A stretch of DNA of 46,851 nucleotides from an uncultured Clostridia bacterium (GTDB lineage Bacteria; Bacillota; Clostridia; Christensenellales; UBA1242): contig CAMVKM010000003.1 of NCBI GenBank assembly GCA_947168085.1, forward strand, positions 1 to 46,851. Reading direction: 5' to 3'. The translations under genes and the position numbers were made by a program. The notes beneath the pieces are model-generated. The model made no database searches. It was given only the letters and a program-made list of their open reading frames with translations, and was not told the DNA's origin. This document shows positions 1-9,300 of the stretch, one piece after another; position 1 is the first letter of the stretch; every line of letters begins with the position of its first letter.

Positions 1-412
1 CTGCATTGCTTGGCTTTGTTGTTGTGTAGGTGCTGTCTGCAGCCGAACTTACCTTGTACTCTCTTACCACAGTTCCCCATTTTGCTGCACCTGCTGGATT
101 GGCTGCTGTTGCTCCATAGGTCCAACCCGCAATGCTTGGCGTGGTTGTCCAACTGTTGTTTGCTTGTGCAATGGTAAAATTAACTGTGTGTGTTAAAACT
201 TTGTAGTTTGTTGTTGCTGCAACACTTGATCGCATTGTGTAAGTTCCTGCATTGCTTGGCTTTGTTGTTGTGTAGGTGCTGTCTGCAGCCGAACTTACCT
301 TATATTCTCTTACCACAGTTCCCCATTTTGCTGCACCTGCTGGATTGGCTGCTGTTGCCCCATAGGTCCAACCAGCAATACTTGGCGTGGTTGTCCAACT
401 GTTGTTTGCTTG
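1..412. repeat. 246-bp (82-codon) intragenic tandem repeat
   Basis: 1..166 matches 247..412 with 5 mismatches, all synonymous. Unit begins QANNSWTTTPSIAGWTYGATAANPAGAAKWGTVVREYKVSSAADSTYTTTKPSNAG. Confidence 0.95.
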
Positions 413-1174
413 CGTTATTTTCCAAGATATGCTAAATGAATTGGAATTTCCATCTGCCCACTGATATGTTAAAGTGTCTGAAATTGAAAATGTAACTGAA
501 TAATTCCCAACATTTGTTTGTGAATGTCCACTTATGCCCATTTTTGAACTATCATAACCACTGACAGCATTTTTGCTAACTAAGTTTATAGCACTTGCAG
601 CATATGTGAAACTTGAAGTTGTTAATGTTGGTTTTGTCAGTTTTGTTCTTAAACTGTAGATATATTCAATAAGACCCTGACATGCCGCTTTTTGTGAAGT
701 AAACACACTGCTTAGTGTGTATCTGTTGTTTCCCGTGGTTTTGTGACCTGGCATTGCATACTGCCCTGAATTGTAATACCATGTGTAACCCCCATAACTA
801 AATGTGCCTTCATAGTTCCAAACTTTGTTATCCCAACTGGTTCTAAAAGAAACTGCTGTTGATGTTCTGCTGACCATCGCAAAATTTGTCCAGTTTTGCT
901 TTTGTGATGTGTTGTATCTGTGACAAAGCGCAATATATGCTTCACCATCTCCACACTTTGTGTAAGCACGACCAGAAATACTACCCATTGTTTCTGGATT
1001 TCCTGAAATTGTTAATGCATAGGCATTTTTACCCGTTTGAATGTTTTCAGAAAAATCGCTAGAATGGTTGCTTGTAAACATACAAACAAGAACACACCCA
1101 ACAATCGTTAATAAAGTTGTCAAGATTAGAGCCACAAACTGTAGTTTAAGACAAAAATTTTGTGTTTGCTTCAT
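1..1174 (-). CDS. Large surface protein, 3'-truncated by the window edge: N-terminal TM segment, unknown head domain, Ig-like (MBG-like) repeats
   Basis: Absent from the ORF track because there is no stop in the window. Manual translation from ATG 1174 (RBS AAGGGAGG) is open to the edge: MKQTQNFCLKLQFVALILTTLLTIVGCVLVCMF...KNAYALTISG...TKPTL..FTY...YQWADG...ISWKI, then 82-aa tandem repeats. Confidence 0.9.
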   Translation of the reverse strand, partial: MKQTQNFCLKLQFVALILTTLLTIVGCVLVCMFTSNHSSDFSENIQTGKNAYALTISGNPETMGSISGRAYTKCGDGEAYIALCHRYNTSQKQNWTNFAMVSRTSTAVSFRTSWDNKVWNYEGTFSYGGYTWYYNSGQYAMPGHKTTGNNRYTLSSVFTSQKAACQGLIEYIYSLRTKLTKPTLTTSSFTYAASAINLVSKNAVSGYDSSKMGISGHSQTNVGNYSVTFSISDTLTYQWADGNSNSFSISWKITQANNSWTTTPSIAGWTYGATAANPAGAAKWGTVVREYKVSSAADSTYTTTKPSNAGTYTMRSSVAATTNYKVLTHTVNFTIAQANNSWTTTPSIAGWTYGATAANPAGAAKWGTVVREYKVSSAADSTYTTTKPSNA

Positions 1175-1235
1175 AATCTTTCCTCCCTTATTGTTTTTTA
1201 AAAATGCTATTTCCCAATTTTGTGCATTATCACTT

Positions 1236-1264
1236 AGTATATACTATTCAAAGAAAAATAGCAA
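1236..1264 (-). promoter_or_regulatory. sigma-A-like promoter of the surface protein gene
   Basis: TTGCTA-17nt-TATACT on the minus strand. Confidence 0.6.
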
Positions 1265-1315
1265 ACAATTTCACATAATTTCACAAAAAATCAACTGAAA
1301 AATTAAAAATATAAC

Positions 1316-1339
1316 AAAAAAGCCCCAAAAGGCTTTTTT
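1316..1339 (-). terminator. Intrinsic terminator after the Ppx-like gene
   Basis: aaaaaagcc-ccaaaa-ggctttttt hairpin at the stop codon. Confidence 0.55.
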
Positions 1340-2896
1340 TTAAAGAAGTTCTAAAGTTTTTCCATAAACTTGTTTAAATTCACCTGCAGCCTGGCTTGCA
1401 AGGTTAACTTCAAACGATATGTCTTGATTTGTTACTGTCTTTACAATTACAGAATCCCCTAAAACATCACAAATAACATCTGTTACAGCATTGTTTGATG
1501 AAATGTCAAAACATGATGCAAGACGAACCATTACAGCCAAATATTTTACTGCAACAAGGTCTTCATCTGTAACCAAATCTTTGTATTTTACCCACTCGTT
1601 GAGTGAAAAGTCTTCAAGATACTGGCATTGTGCAATAAATGCTGCAAGAATAATGTCACGATGTGATGCACCATAAATTTTTGTGTGTAAAATCACACTT
1701 AGAGCATCTTTTTGTGTTTCTGAAAAACGCATCATTGCCCCACAATTGTGCATATAGCTTGCAATTTTAAGTGCTTTTACATACAACCTGCTTGAAAGCT
1801 TGTGCATTACACGAAGTTGACGGAACAAAAGCATTGAAAGGTCAAACACATGTCTGCCATTGGTTTGATAAGGTTGATGAAAAGTTTGGTTTGACTCAAG
1901 ACAAAATCCAAGCAAGTCTTGAATTGGCCTTTCAGCAGCAACTGGAAGACAATTTTTAAACAAAACGCCGTCACTTAATTTTGCTGTTGAAATTGTGAAA
2001 TTTTGAACAACAAATGCACCAAAAAGCGCCTTTGCAACAGAAAGACCACAAACAATTGCTGCCAAACTCTTTTTTGAAAAGCCTTTTAAGCGTGCTTCTT
2101 TGTCCAGTTTTAGTGGAAGAACAGCGTTTAACACATTTTCAAAATCTTTTTGATCCATTACATAACCATGAGACATATCTAAATTATACTTTTTGCCCTT
2201 GCGACTAATTTTTGCAATTGTTTCAAAAATTTCGCCTGCACCAATGAATTTTATGTCTGAAGGTTCTTCCATCATGAACCAATCAACATTTTCAATTTGA
2301 TTTGCAAAAAATTCTTGAATTATTTTGCTTTGTTCTTGATAATTGTTTGCTTGAATAAAAAGTTTTGCCAAATTTTCATAACCAAAAGGAATAATTTGTT
2401 TCCCTACCACACTTTTCCTAGAATAAGCAACAATCTTTGTTTGTTCTTGTTCTATTTCAAACAAAATTCCTTTTGACGCATCAATAGTGTTTATGCACAT
2501 TGTTTGAAGCATTTGAACTTCTTCATCTTCGGTTAAAAACTTAAACTTAAAACCTGAAGCCATTTCCATTTCTTCTAAAAATGCAAAATGGTTTTTTGCA
2601 GCACGAAGATCACATGTTGCATAAGCCACACTTTTTGTGATTTTTTGGTTGTCACAAAACTTTCTAAACATTTTTAAAACTTCTCGGCACTGAACAGCTT
2701 GTGTTGGCTGAATAAAACCATCACGTTCAATGTCCTCATGAAGATCTAGTGATTCACAAAACTCATCAAAAACATCAAAAGAATCTATTGTTTTCCACAC
2801 CACAACAAGTTTTGCCTGGTAAGGCGTTATTTCAATTAAAGCAATCTTTTCTTTTGCTTTTGGGTCCAAAATGTTTTCTTCAACTTTTTCTTCCAT
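1340..2896 (-). CDS. Ppx/GppA-family protein (ASKHA fold + HD-like C-terminal domain) with degenerate motifs
   Basis: 518 aa. ATCDLRAAKN, EDEEV, IPFG, FIGAG and MHNCG align with Ppx/GppA motifs, but the Gly-rich loops are substituted. Confidence 0.8.
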   Translation of the reverse strand: MEEKVEENILDPKAKEKIALIEITPYQAKLVVVWKTIDSFDVFDEFCESLDLHEDIERDGFIQPTQAVQCREVLKMFRKFCDNQKITKSVAYATCDLRAAKNHFAFLEEMEMASGFKFKFLTEDEEVQMLQTMCINTIDASKGILFEIEQEQTKIVAYSRKSVVGKQIIPFGYENLAKLFIQANNYQEQSKIIQEFFANQIENVDWFMMEEPSDIKFIGAGEIFETIAKISRKGKKYNLDMSHGYVMDQKDFENVLNAVLPLKLDKEARLKGFSKKSLAAIVCGLSVAKALFGAFVVQNFTISTAKLSDGVLFKNCLPVAAERPIQDLLGFCLESNQTFHQPYQTNGRHVFDLSMLLFRQLRVMHKLSSRLYVKALKIASYMHNCGAMMRFSETQKDALSVILHTKIYGASHRDIILAAFIAQCQYLEDFSLNEWVKYKDLVTDEDLVAVKYLAVMVRLASCFDISSNNAVTDVICDVLGDSVIVKTVTNQDISFEVNLASQAAGEFKQVYGKTLELL

Positions 2897-2900
2897 TTAT

Positions 2901-3092
2901 CTAATCCTTTATTTTAATTGCCGCAACTGGGCACACACTTTCGCAAGTGTGACATTTTATGCATTTTTGCTCATCAATTTCAGCCTTTCCGTTGCTGTCA
3001 AATTGTATGGCACCAACTGGGCAAGCATTTACACATGTTCCACAACCAAAGCATGTTTGTTTGTTTACTGCGTTTGTTTTGTTCCCTTCCAT
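2901..3092 (-). CDS. 2x[4Fe-4S] ferredoxin
   Basis: Two CxxCxxCxxxCP motifs (CFGCGTCVNACP, CIKCHTCESVCP). ATG 3092 has RBS AAGGAG. Confidence 0.93.
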   Translation of the reverse strand: MEGNKTNAVNKQTCFGCGTCVNACPVGAIQFDSNGKAEIDEQKCIKCHTCESVCPVAAIKIKD

Positions 3093-3237
3093 TTTTTCTT
3101 TCTCCTTTTTTCGTTTGCAATATAACAAAAAACTTCACTATTGTCAATACCTAAATCCAAAAAAGTTTAAAAAATTAAGGTTTTTTGAGCGGTTTTGAAA
3201 AATTTTTGAATATTTTTAATTTTTTTTACAAATTCTC

Positions 3238-3266
3238 TTGATTTTTTCCAAAATTTGTTATACAAT
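3238..3266 (+). promoter_or_regulatory. sigma-A-like promoter of tRNA-Leu
   Basis: TTGATT-17nt-TACAAT, 8 nt upstream of the tRNA. Confidence 0.65.
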
Positions 3267-3274
3267 ATAACTAT

Positions 3275-3361
3275 GCGGTCGTGGCGGAACTGGTAGACGC
3301 GCAAGACTAAGGATCTTGTGGTGTAATAGCCGTGGAAGTTCGAGTCTTCTCGATCGCACCA
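3275..3361 (+). tRNA. tRNA-Leu, anticodon AAG
   Basis: Acceptor GCGGTCG/CGATCGC, D arm GGCGGAACTGGTAGACGC, anticodon arm CAAGA-CTAAGGA-TCTTG, long variable arm, T loop TTCGAGT, discriminator A plus encoded CCA. Confidence 0.93.
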
Positions 3362-3393
3362 AAAAAACCTAGGTTTCCCCCAAGGTTTTTTTT
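3361..3393 (+). terminator. Intrinsic terminator after the tRNA
   Basis: aaaaaaacct...aggttttttt hairpin with U tract. Confidence 0.65.
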
Positions 3394-3404
3394 GTTCCGC
3401 CACG

Positions 3405-3476
3405 CGTGGCGGAACTGGTAGACTGCACAGCCTTACGGATCTTGTGGTGTTGTTTTCGTGGAAGTTCGAGTCTTCT
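3405..3476 (+). pseudogene. Degenerate partial copy of tRNA-Leu
   Basis: cgtggcggaactggtagac...ggatcttgtggtgt...cgtggaagttcgagtcttct matches the tRNA. The anticodon arm is disrupted and there is no acceptor stem or CCA. Confidence 0.85.
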
Positions 3477-3512
3477 TTGGCTTTTGTTATATTGATTTAA
3501 CTTTTTTTCATA

Positions 3513-3541
3513 TTGACATTTTTACTGTTTTAATGTATAAT
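3513..3541 (+). promoter_or_regulatory. Consensus sigma-A promoter of the HipA-like gene
   Basis: TTGACA-17nt-TATAAT. Confidence 0.8.
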
Positions 3542-3577
3542 AAAAATGTAAAAAAAACTTAAATAAGAGGAGACCAC

Positions 3578-4625
3578 ATGCAACAACAAAATCGAATAGA
3601 CATTACTGATTTAGCTAACCACATAACAAAACTTGATAGTGGTGCTTGTGAAAAATTTGTTTTTGAAATGAACGGCAAAAAATATGTGTTTAAATATAAC
3701 CTTGTAAATGTGGTAAATTTGGGATATTCAAATAGTTTTAACTGCAAAAATTATGATATTGTTGAAGTGTTTTCCTTTTACTTTTTAAAAAATGTTGGTT
3801 GCGATTTTGGCTTGTTTTAGAGGGAAAAATGGATGCATATCGCCATATTTTAAAAACAAAGATGTTACAAACGAGTTTAATTTTGCAAGCATTTTAATGA
3901 ATTTACAAAATAATGAAAAAATTCCACAAAACTATGCTGAAAATCAAGATGAAATTCGTGATTTTTCTGTAAAATACAAAAAAGGACACAACTTTGGTAA
4001 ACAGTTTTTAATTTCAACCGAACAAATCACAACAAAAGCAAAAGAATTTTGCGAAAAATATCACATGGCTTTTGATGAAAAAAGCACAAAGCAAAAATTA
4101 GACATAATTGCAACTTGTGATTTTTTTACAGCAAACAATGACAGACATTGGTGCAACATTTTGTTTTTAGAAAAAACAATAAATGGCAAAAAAACACTTG
4201 AACTTGCTCCCCCTTTTGATAATGGGTTGTGTTTTGGACATGAAGATTTTGACAACTTTGGAGCAAACAGACTTTTTTCTGTTTGGCAAGCAATGGGGAT
4301 TTCAGAAAACAGCAGAATTGAAAGTTTTGAAAATAACAAATATTTTGAAAAACAAAAAATTTTAGCTTGTGATATATTTGAAACTTGCAAGAGCAACAAA
4401 AAACTAAAACAAATTGTAGATAATTGCCAAAACATTGATTTTGAACAACTTTTAAATAATTTTGAAAAAGATTACAATTTAGAGCTAAGTTCAATTCAAA
4501 AACAAGTGATGACCGAAACTTTTGAATTTAAAAGAAACTATTTTAATGTTGCAACAAAAAAACTTGAAAAAAGACTTTTAAGGCAAAAAAACAACAAACA
4601 AACAGCAAATACATTATGCCAATAA
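3578..4625 (+). pseudogene. HipA/CtkA-like kinase split by a frameshift near 3808
   Basis: ORF 3578..3820 has the N-lobe (SGACEK, YVFK, EVFS). ORF 3792..4625 has GCIS..F, DFFTANNDRHWCN and LAPPFDNG. RBS GAGGAG precedes 3578. Confidence 0.75.
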
Positions 4626-4653
4626 AAAAACTAGGAATGTTCCTAGTTTTTTT
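4624..4653. terminator. Bidirectional intrinsic terminator
   Basis: aaaaaaactaggaa-tg-ttcctagttttttt between convergent genes. Confidence 0.8.
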
Positions 4654-5440
4654 ATTTTAAAATGGCTTGTTTAAAAGCAAAATGTTTTAAGTTTGCGGAA
4701 GAAAGCACAACATTTTGCAAACTTTGTGTTTTTTGTTTTAAAGCTTCTACAAAATTTGCTTGCTGCAACTTTTCAAAAGCAAGATTAGAAACAAATTGCT
4801 GTCCTCTTTCATTTGGATGAATTCCGTCTTGGCAAAGCAAACCGTTAAGTGAATTTAGCTTAAGCATCTCACTTCTGTAATCAAAAAATGTGCAGTTGTT
4901 TTGATAAGCAATTTTTGTAATCGCTAAATTAAAAAGTTCTTGATGACGGTAGATGTTTTGTTTGTCACCTTGCAAAAATTCCAAAATTTTTTGTGCATCA
5001 AAGTTTTTAGATAAAACATTATCAAAATAATCTTCTGCACAAACCGGACAAAGTGATGTAACAACAACCTTTGCTCCACTTGATTTCAAAATTTTTAGGC
5101 TCACATCAAGCATTGTTTCAAACTCACATAGTGGTGTTCGTGGTGCATGAAAACTTTGTGGTGATTTTTCAACTTCTGTCCAATTATAATCAGCATCATT
5201 TCCACCTAAAGCCAAAACAACCATTTCACCATCATGATTTTCTTTTGCAAACTTATCAAAAATTCCCCTTTCAAAAACCTTTTTAAGAGTTTGCCCAAAT
5301 TTTGAATTGTTTTCAATTTTTGTGTTTAACCTTTCTTCCAACAACAAAACAGCATTTGTTTTTAAATTTTCTGGCTTTAAATTGTTTAAAAACAAACCTT
5401 TTGCAATAGAATCTCCAAAAATTGTAATTTTTTCTGTCAT
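4652..5440 (-). CDS. SGNH/GDSL hydrolase
   Basis: FGDS, GGND and DGIHP blocks. Confidence 0.9.
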   Translation of the reverse strand: MTEKITIFGDSIAKGLFLNNLKPENLKTNAVLLLEERLNTKIENNSKFGQTLKKVFERGIFDKFAKENHDGEMVVLALGGNDADYNWTEVEKSPQSFHAPRTPLCEFETMLDVSLKILKSSGAKVVVTSLCPVCAEDYFDNVLSKNFDAQKILEFLQGDKQNIYRHQELFNLAITKIAYQNNCTFFDYRSEMLKLNSLNGLLCQDGIHPNERGQQFVSNLAFEKLQQANFVEALKQKTQSLQNVVLSSANLKHFAFKQAILK

Positions 5441-5652
5441 AATGCTTTACCCCCTTTTGCTAATCACATTATATGACATTAGTTTTTGCAATTCAAGAGA
5501 ATTTATGAATTTTTTCTTCTACAATTTTTTGCTTAAAAAATAGAGAAATTTAAACACTCTACCACCAGTAGAATTTTTTGTTCTACAAACTTTTTTAAAA
5601 AGTTGCTTAAATTTAGTTGCTTTTTGTGCCAAACTTATGTTATATTATATGT

Positions 5653-6342
5653 ATGGAAATAAATGAAGTAGTAGCAAAAAATTTGATTGCTTATCGAAAA
5701 CAAAAGGGGTTAACTCAAGCCGAACTTGCCGAAACAATCAATTATTCAGATAAATCAATTTCAAAATGGGAGCGTGGGGAATGCCTTCCAGATGTTGCTA
5801 TTTTAAAACAATTGGCAGATTTTTACGGTGTTACCGTAAATGATTTTTTAAACGAAAGTCAAGAAGTTAAAGTTGTTAAACAAAAGAAAAAGTTTTTACG
5901 TAAAAAAATTATTGTTCCACTTTTGTCTGTTGGCCTTGCTTGGCTTGTAACAATTGTTGCTTTTGTGTGCCTTTCAATTTTTGCCACACAAATAGACAAA
6001 AAATGGCTTTGGCTTTTGTTTGTTTATGCTGTTCCTGTAAGTGCAATTATTGTAATTGTTTTTGCAAATATGTGGAAAGAAAAAATCACCAATTTTGTTG
6101 CAATAACGGTTTTGATATGGACAATAACCCTAAGCATCTTTTTAAGTGTGCCTTATGTAGACAATCTTTGGAGTTTGTTTTTGATTCCAGCAGTACTCCA
6201 AGTTTTAGTGGTTTGGTGGTTTTGGCTTAAAGCAGAATTTAAAGAAAAATTTAAGTTTAGCACAAAAAACAAAAAACAAAAACGTGCCGAACAACAAGAA
6301 AACCAAGAAAATCAAGAAAATCAAAAAAAGACTGAAAATTAA
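5653..6342 (+). CDS. XRE-family HTH regulator with four C-terminal TM helices
   Basis: LTQAELAETINYSDKSISKWERG HTH followed by hydrophobic segments. ATG 5653 is the probable start. Confidence 0.88.
   Translation: MEINEVVAKNLIAYRKQKGLTQAELAETINYSDKSISKWERGECLPDVAILKQLADFYGVTVNDFLNESQEVKVVKQKKKFLRKKIIVPLLSVGLAWLVTIVAFVCLSIFATQIDKKWLWLLFVYAVPVSAIIVIVFANMWKEKITNFVAITVLIWTITLSIFLSVPYVDNLWSLFLIPAVLQVLVVWWFWLKAEFKEKFKFSTKNKKQKRAEQQENQENQENQKKTEN
6295..6324 (+). repeat. 9-bp tandem repeat CAAGAAAAY, about 3 copies, encoding QEN
   Basis: caagaaaac caagaaaat caagaaaat caa. Confidence 0.7.
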
Positions 6343-6356
6343 TTCAGTCTTTTTTT
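6323..6356. terminator. Bidirectional intrinsic terminator
   Basis: aaaaaaagactgaa...ttcagtcttttttt. Confidence 0.8.
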
Positions 6357-9300
6357 AGTTCCCAACCACACTAACAGTGCCGTTTTCAATGTTAAAGGGT
6401 AAAATTGTCCACGAAATTGTAACAAAATCTCGTCCATTTGCAAACACATAATTATCTTTGTAAGCCTCTTTAAGATAAATCATAAAAATATATGTTCCCG
6501 CTCTTAGCGCTTGCGTGTTGCCTTCCATTGTCATTTTTGTAGAGTCAAAGTTTTGTAAAACACTTGTGGCATCTTGCGTGGTTCCACTAAAAGTAAATTC
6601 GTTGTTTGTTTTGTTTAGACTTGGATTTGTAAGAGTTTTCTTACTTATAGTCCAAGAAACTTGCTTTGATGCTGCGCCATCGCTAAACTTGTAGTTTTCT
6701 GTTGGCGTAAAGGTTGCGAAGTAGGTTCCTGCATTTTTTGCACTTGTTGTTCCACCCACAGTTAGTTTGGTTGTGTCATAGCTTGTCCAAGCAACGTTCC
6801 TTGCTTTACCATTGTAAGTGAGCGAGCCACTTTGGCTTGGCAACGCACTTGCGTCAATGTTTGCTTTTGCAATAGTCCATTCAAAAGTTAGGGCATCTGT
6901 TGTTCCGTCGCTCCACTGATAGTTTTTCTTTGGCAAAATCGAAAACTGATAAGTTCCGGCATTTATGGCTTGTGCTGTTCCTTGAAGCTCCATTGTTATT
7001 GCATCAAAGCCCGTTATTGTTGGATATTGCACCGAATCATTAAAAGTTAGATTTGCAGGAATTGTTACTGTTGGCTTTGTTAAGCTTGTTTTGTTGATTG
7101 TCCATGAAAGTTGCACTGGCGTTGTTGAACCATTTGCCCATTTGTGAAGCGTTGTGTCTTTTAACGCAATTGTAACATAATAGGTTCCAGAGTCAGTGGC
7201 TTTGTCAACACCTGTAATTTCCATGTCATTTGAATTAAAATCATTCATCAAAAAGTTTTGAACTGAACCATCATAGTTGTAGGTTGCACTTCTTGCTGTT
7301 GGCGCTGTTTGTTTAAACAAAAGTTCTGGATATTGATTTGCCTTAAAATACCACTCATTTGTTGTCCAAGTGTTTTCAAAATTGCTTGGCTTTGTGTTAT
7401 CTGAAACTGATTGCATGTTTGTTGTTGTGTAAGGGCTGCATCCTGTGGCCGTAAGATGAGTACTACTCCAATACAACCCCAAAGAAGAAAGTGAACTATC
7501 AGCATAACAATTTGTCATAGAAAGATAAGCATATTGTGTTTGAGACATGTCTGTTATACAAAAAATTTGGGCACAATTAATACCCTCTATCTTTGCAGCA
7601 TTATAACAATAGGAAATTGTTGTTGTTGAATTTGCGGTAAGATTAGAACCATATACTTCACTAAGAATGCCACCAACATCGTAACCACACAAATTTCCTT
7701 TGTTATAGCAATAAGATACGTTTGCTGATGACTTATCAAACCTTCCAACAATTCCGCCAACAACACTAAACACTGTTGTTGATGCTGTAACATTGCCTAA
7801 ATTGTAACAAAAACTAATGTTGCAATTTATACTAGCAACACAACCAACAATTCCACCACAAATGGTTCCCCATGTGTTTGGCATGTTCACACTACCTTTG
7901 TTAAAACAATTTTTTATTGTCAGAACGGCATTTCCACCAGCATATCCAAGAAGTCCACCCACTGTTGCAGTACTCGACACCGCACCATAATTACAAGAAT
8001 TTTGAATTGTGCAAGGATCAAAAGTTATGCCAATAAGTCCACCCACAATATCTCTACCATTAACTGCTGAATGGTTCACACAACCGTCAAAAACAATAGA
8101 ACTAGTTGCATCAACGCCATCAAACTGCCCAACAATTCCACCAACCCGACTGTCGCCATTAACAGTGCCCAAATTTTGACAATTCAAAATTTTTTGTTGT
8201 TTTGTGGGTTCTCCATTGCTTCCACCCAAAATTCCACCGACAACAAAATTGTTTGGCGCTGAAATGCTTGATGAATTCACGCAATTTTCAATAACAAATT
8301 CTGCGTTTGCTCCACCAATGGCACCACAAATTCCAGCGGTCCAGTCGTTGCCTGTGATGTTTCCATCATTAATGCAATTTCTTATGGCACCAACTGAATT
8401 TTGAATGTAACCAGCAATCCCACCTGTGGTGTCACCATTACCATTTATTGAACCTGCATTTTTGCTGTTTTGAATAACAATGTTTGTATCGCAAAGCCCA
8501 ATAATGCCACCCGCTCTAGAACTAGACACTGTGCCAGTGTTTAAACAATTTGAAATTACGCTTTGCATTGATGATGTATCTGCATGCCCAACAATTCCAC
8601 CAGTATGAGATGATGATGTTATATTTCCGCTGTTTGTGCTATCAAAAAGTTTAAAAACCGAATTAGGATAAACATAACCAACAACTCCACCAACTCCCGA
8701 TGTCCCATTAACTGGTTTTAAATTTTCACAATTAATAATTTTAGCATTATAATAAATTACGCCAATAATTCCACCAACTGAACATGATGGCTTAGATGTG
8801 CTATTGATATTTCCATTATTTTGACAACTTTCAACAATTAAACTTGATGTTGTTACTATTTGTCCAACAATTCCACCAATATCAAAATTGTCTGTGTCGT
8901 TGCAAAGAACAATTTGACCTTGATTGGAGCAATTTTTAATTTCTCCATGTTCTGCATGACCAACAATTCCGCCACAAATGTCTGTTGCTGTTAATGTTCC
9001 AGAGTTTGTGCAATTTAATATTTGACAATAACAATCGCCCCAAAAACTACCACAAATACCCCCCACATAAGTATCATTTACATGACCAGATACTGCAGCA
9101 TTATTACTGCAATTTTGTAAAATAATTTGATTACCCACAAACTCTCCAACAATTCCACCAGCGTAATTTGTTGATGCATTAATCACACCACTATTTGTAC
9201 AATTTTCAATCAAAACATTTGTTACCGAATTAACACCCCTACCAACAATTCCACCACATGCTTTAGTTATTGTTGTTAATGCCCCAGAATTTGAACAATT

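Noticed and set aside
190-435. Plus-strand 81-aa Leu/Cys-rich ORF, and ORFs 712..969 and 1041..1298
   Set aside because: Shadow frames of the real minus-strand gene 1..1174, which has an RBS, a promoter and synonymous-only repeat changes.
3167-3403. 78-aa ORF
   Set aside because: Antisense to the tRNA and its terminator.
3275-4625. Intact integrative element at tRNA-Leu
   Set aside because: No integrase, the second copy is only ~45 nt away and lacks the 3' end typical of att sites, and no distal repeat was seen.
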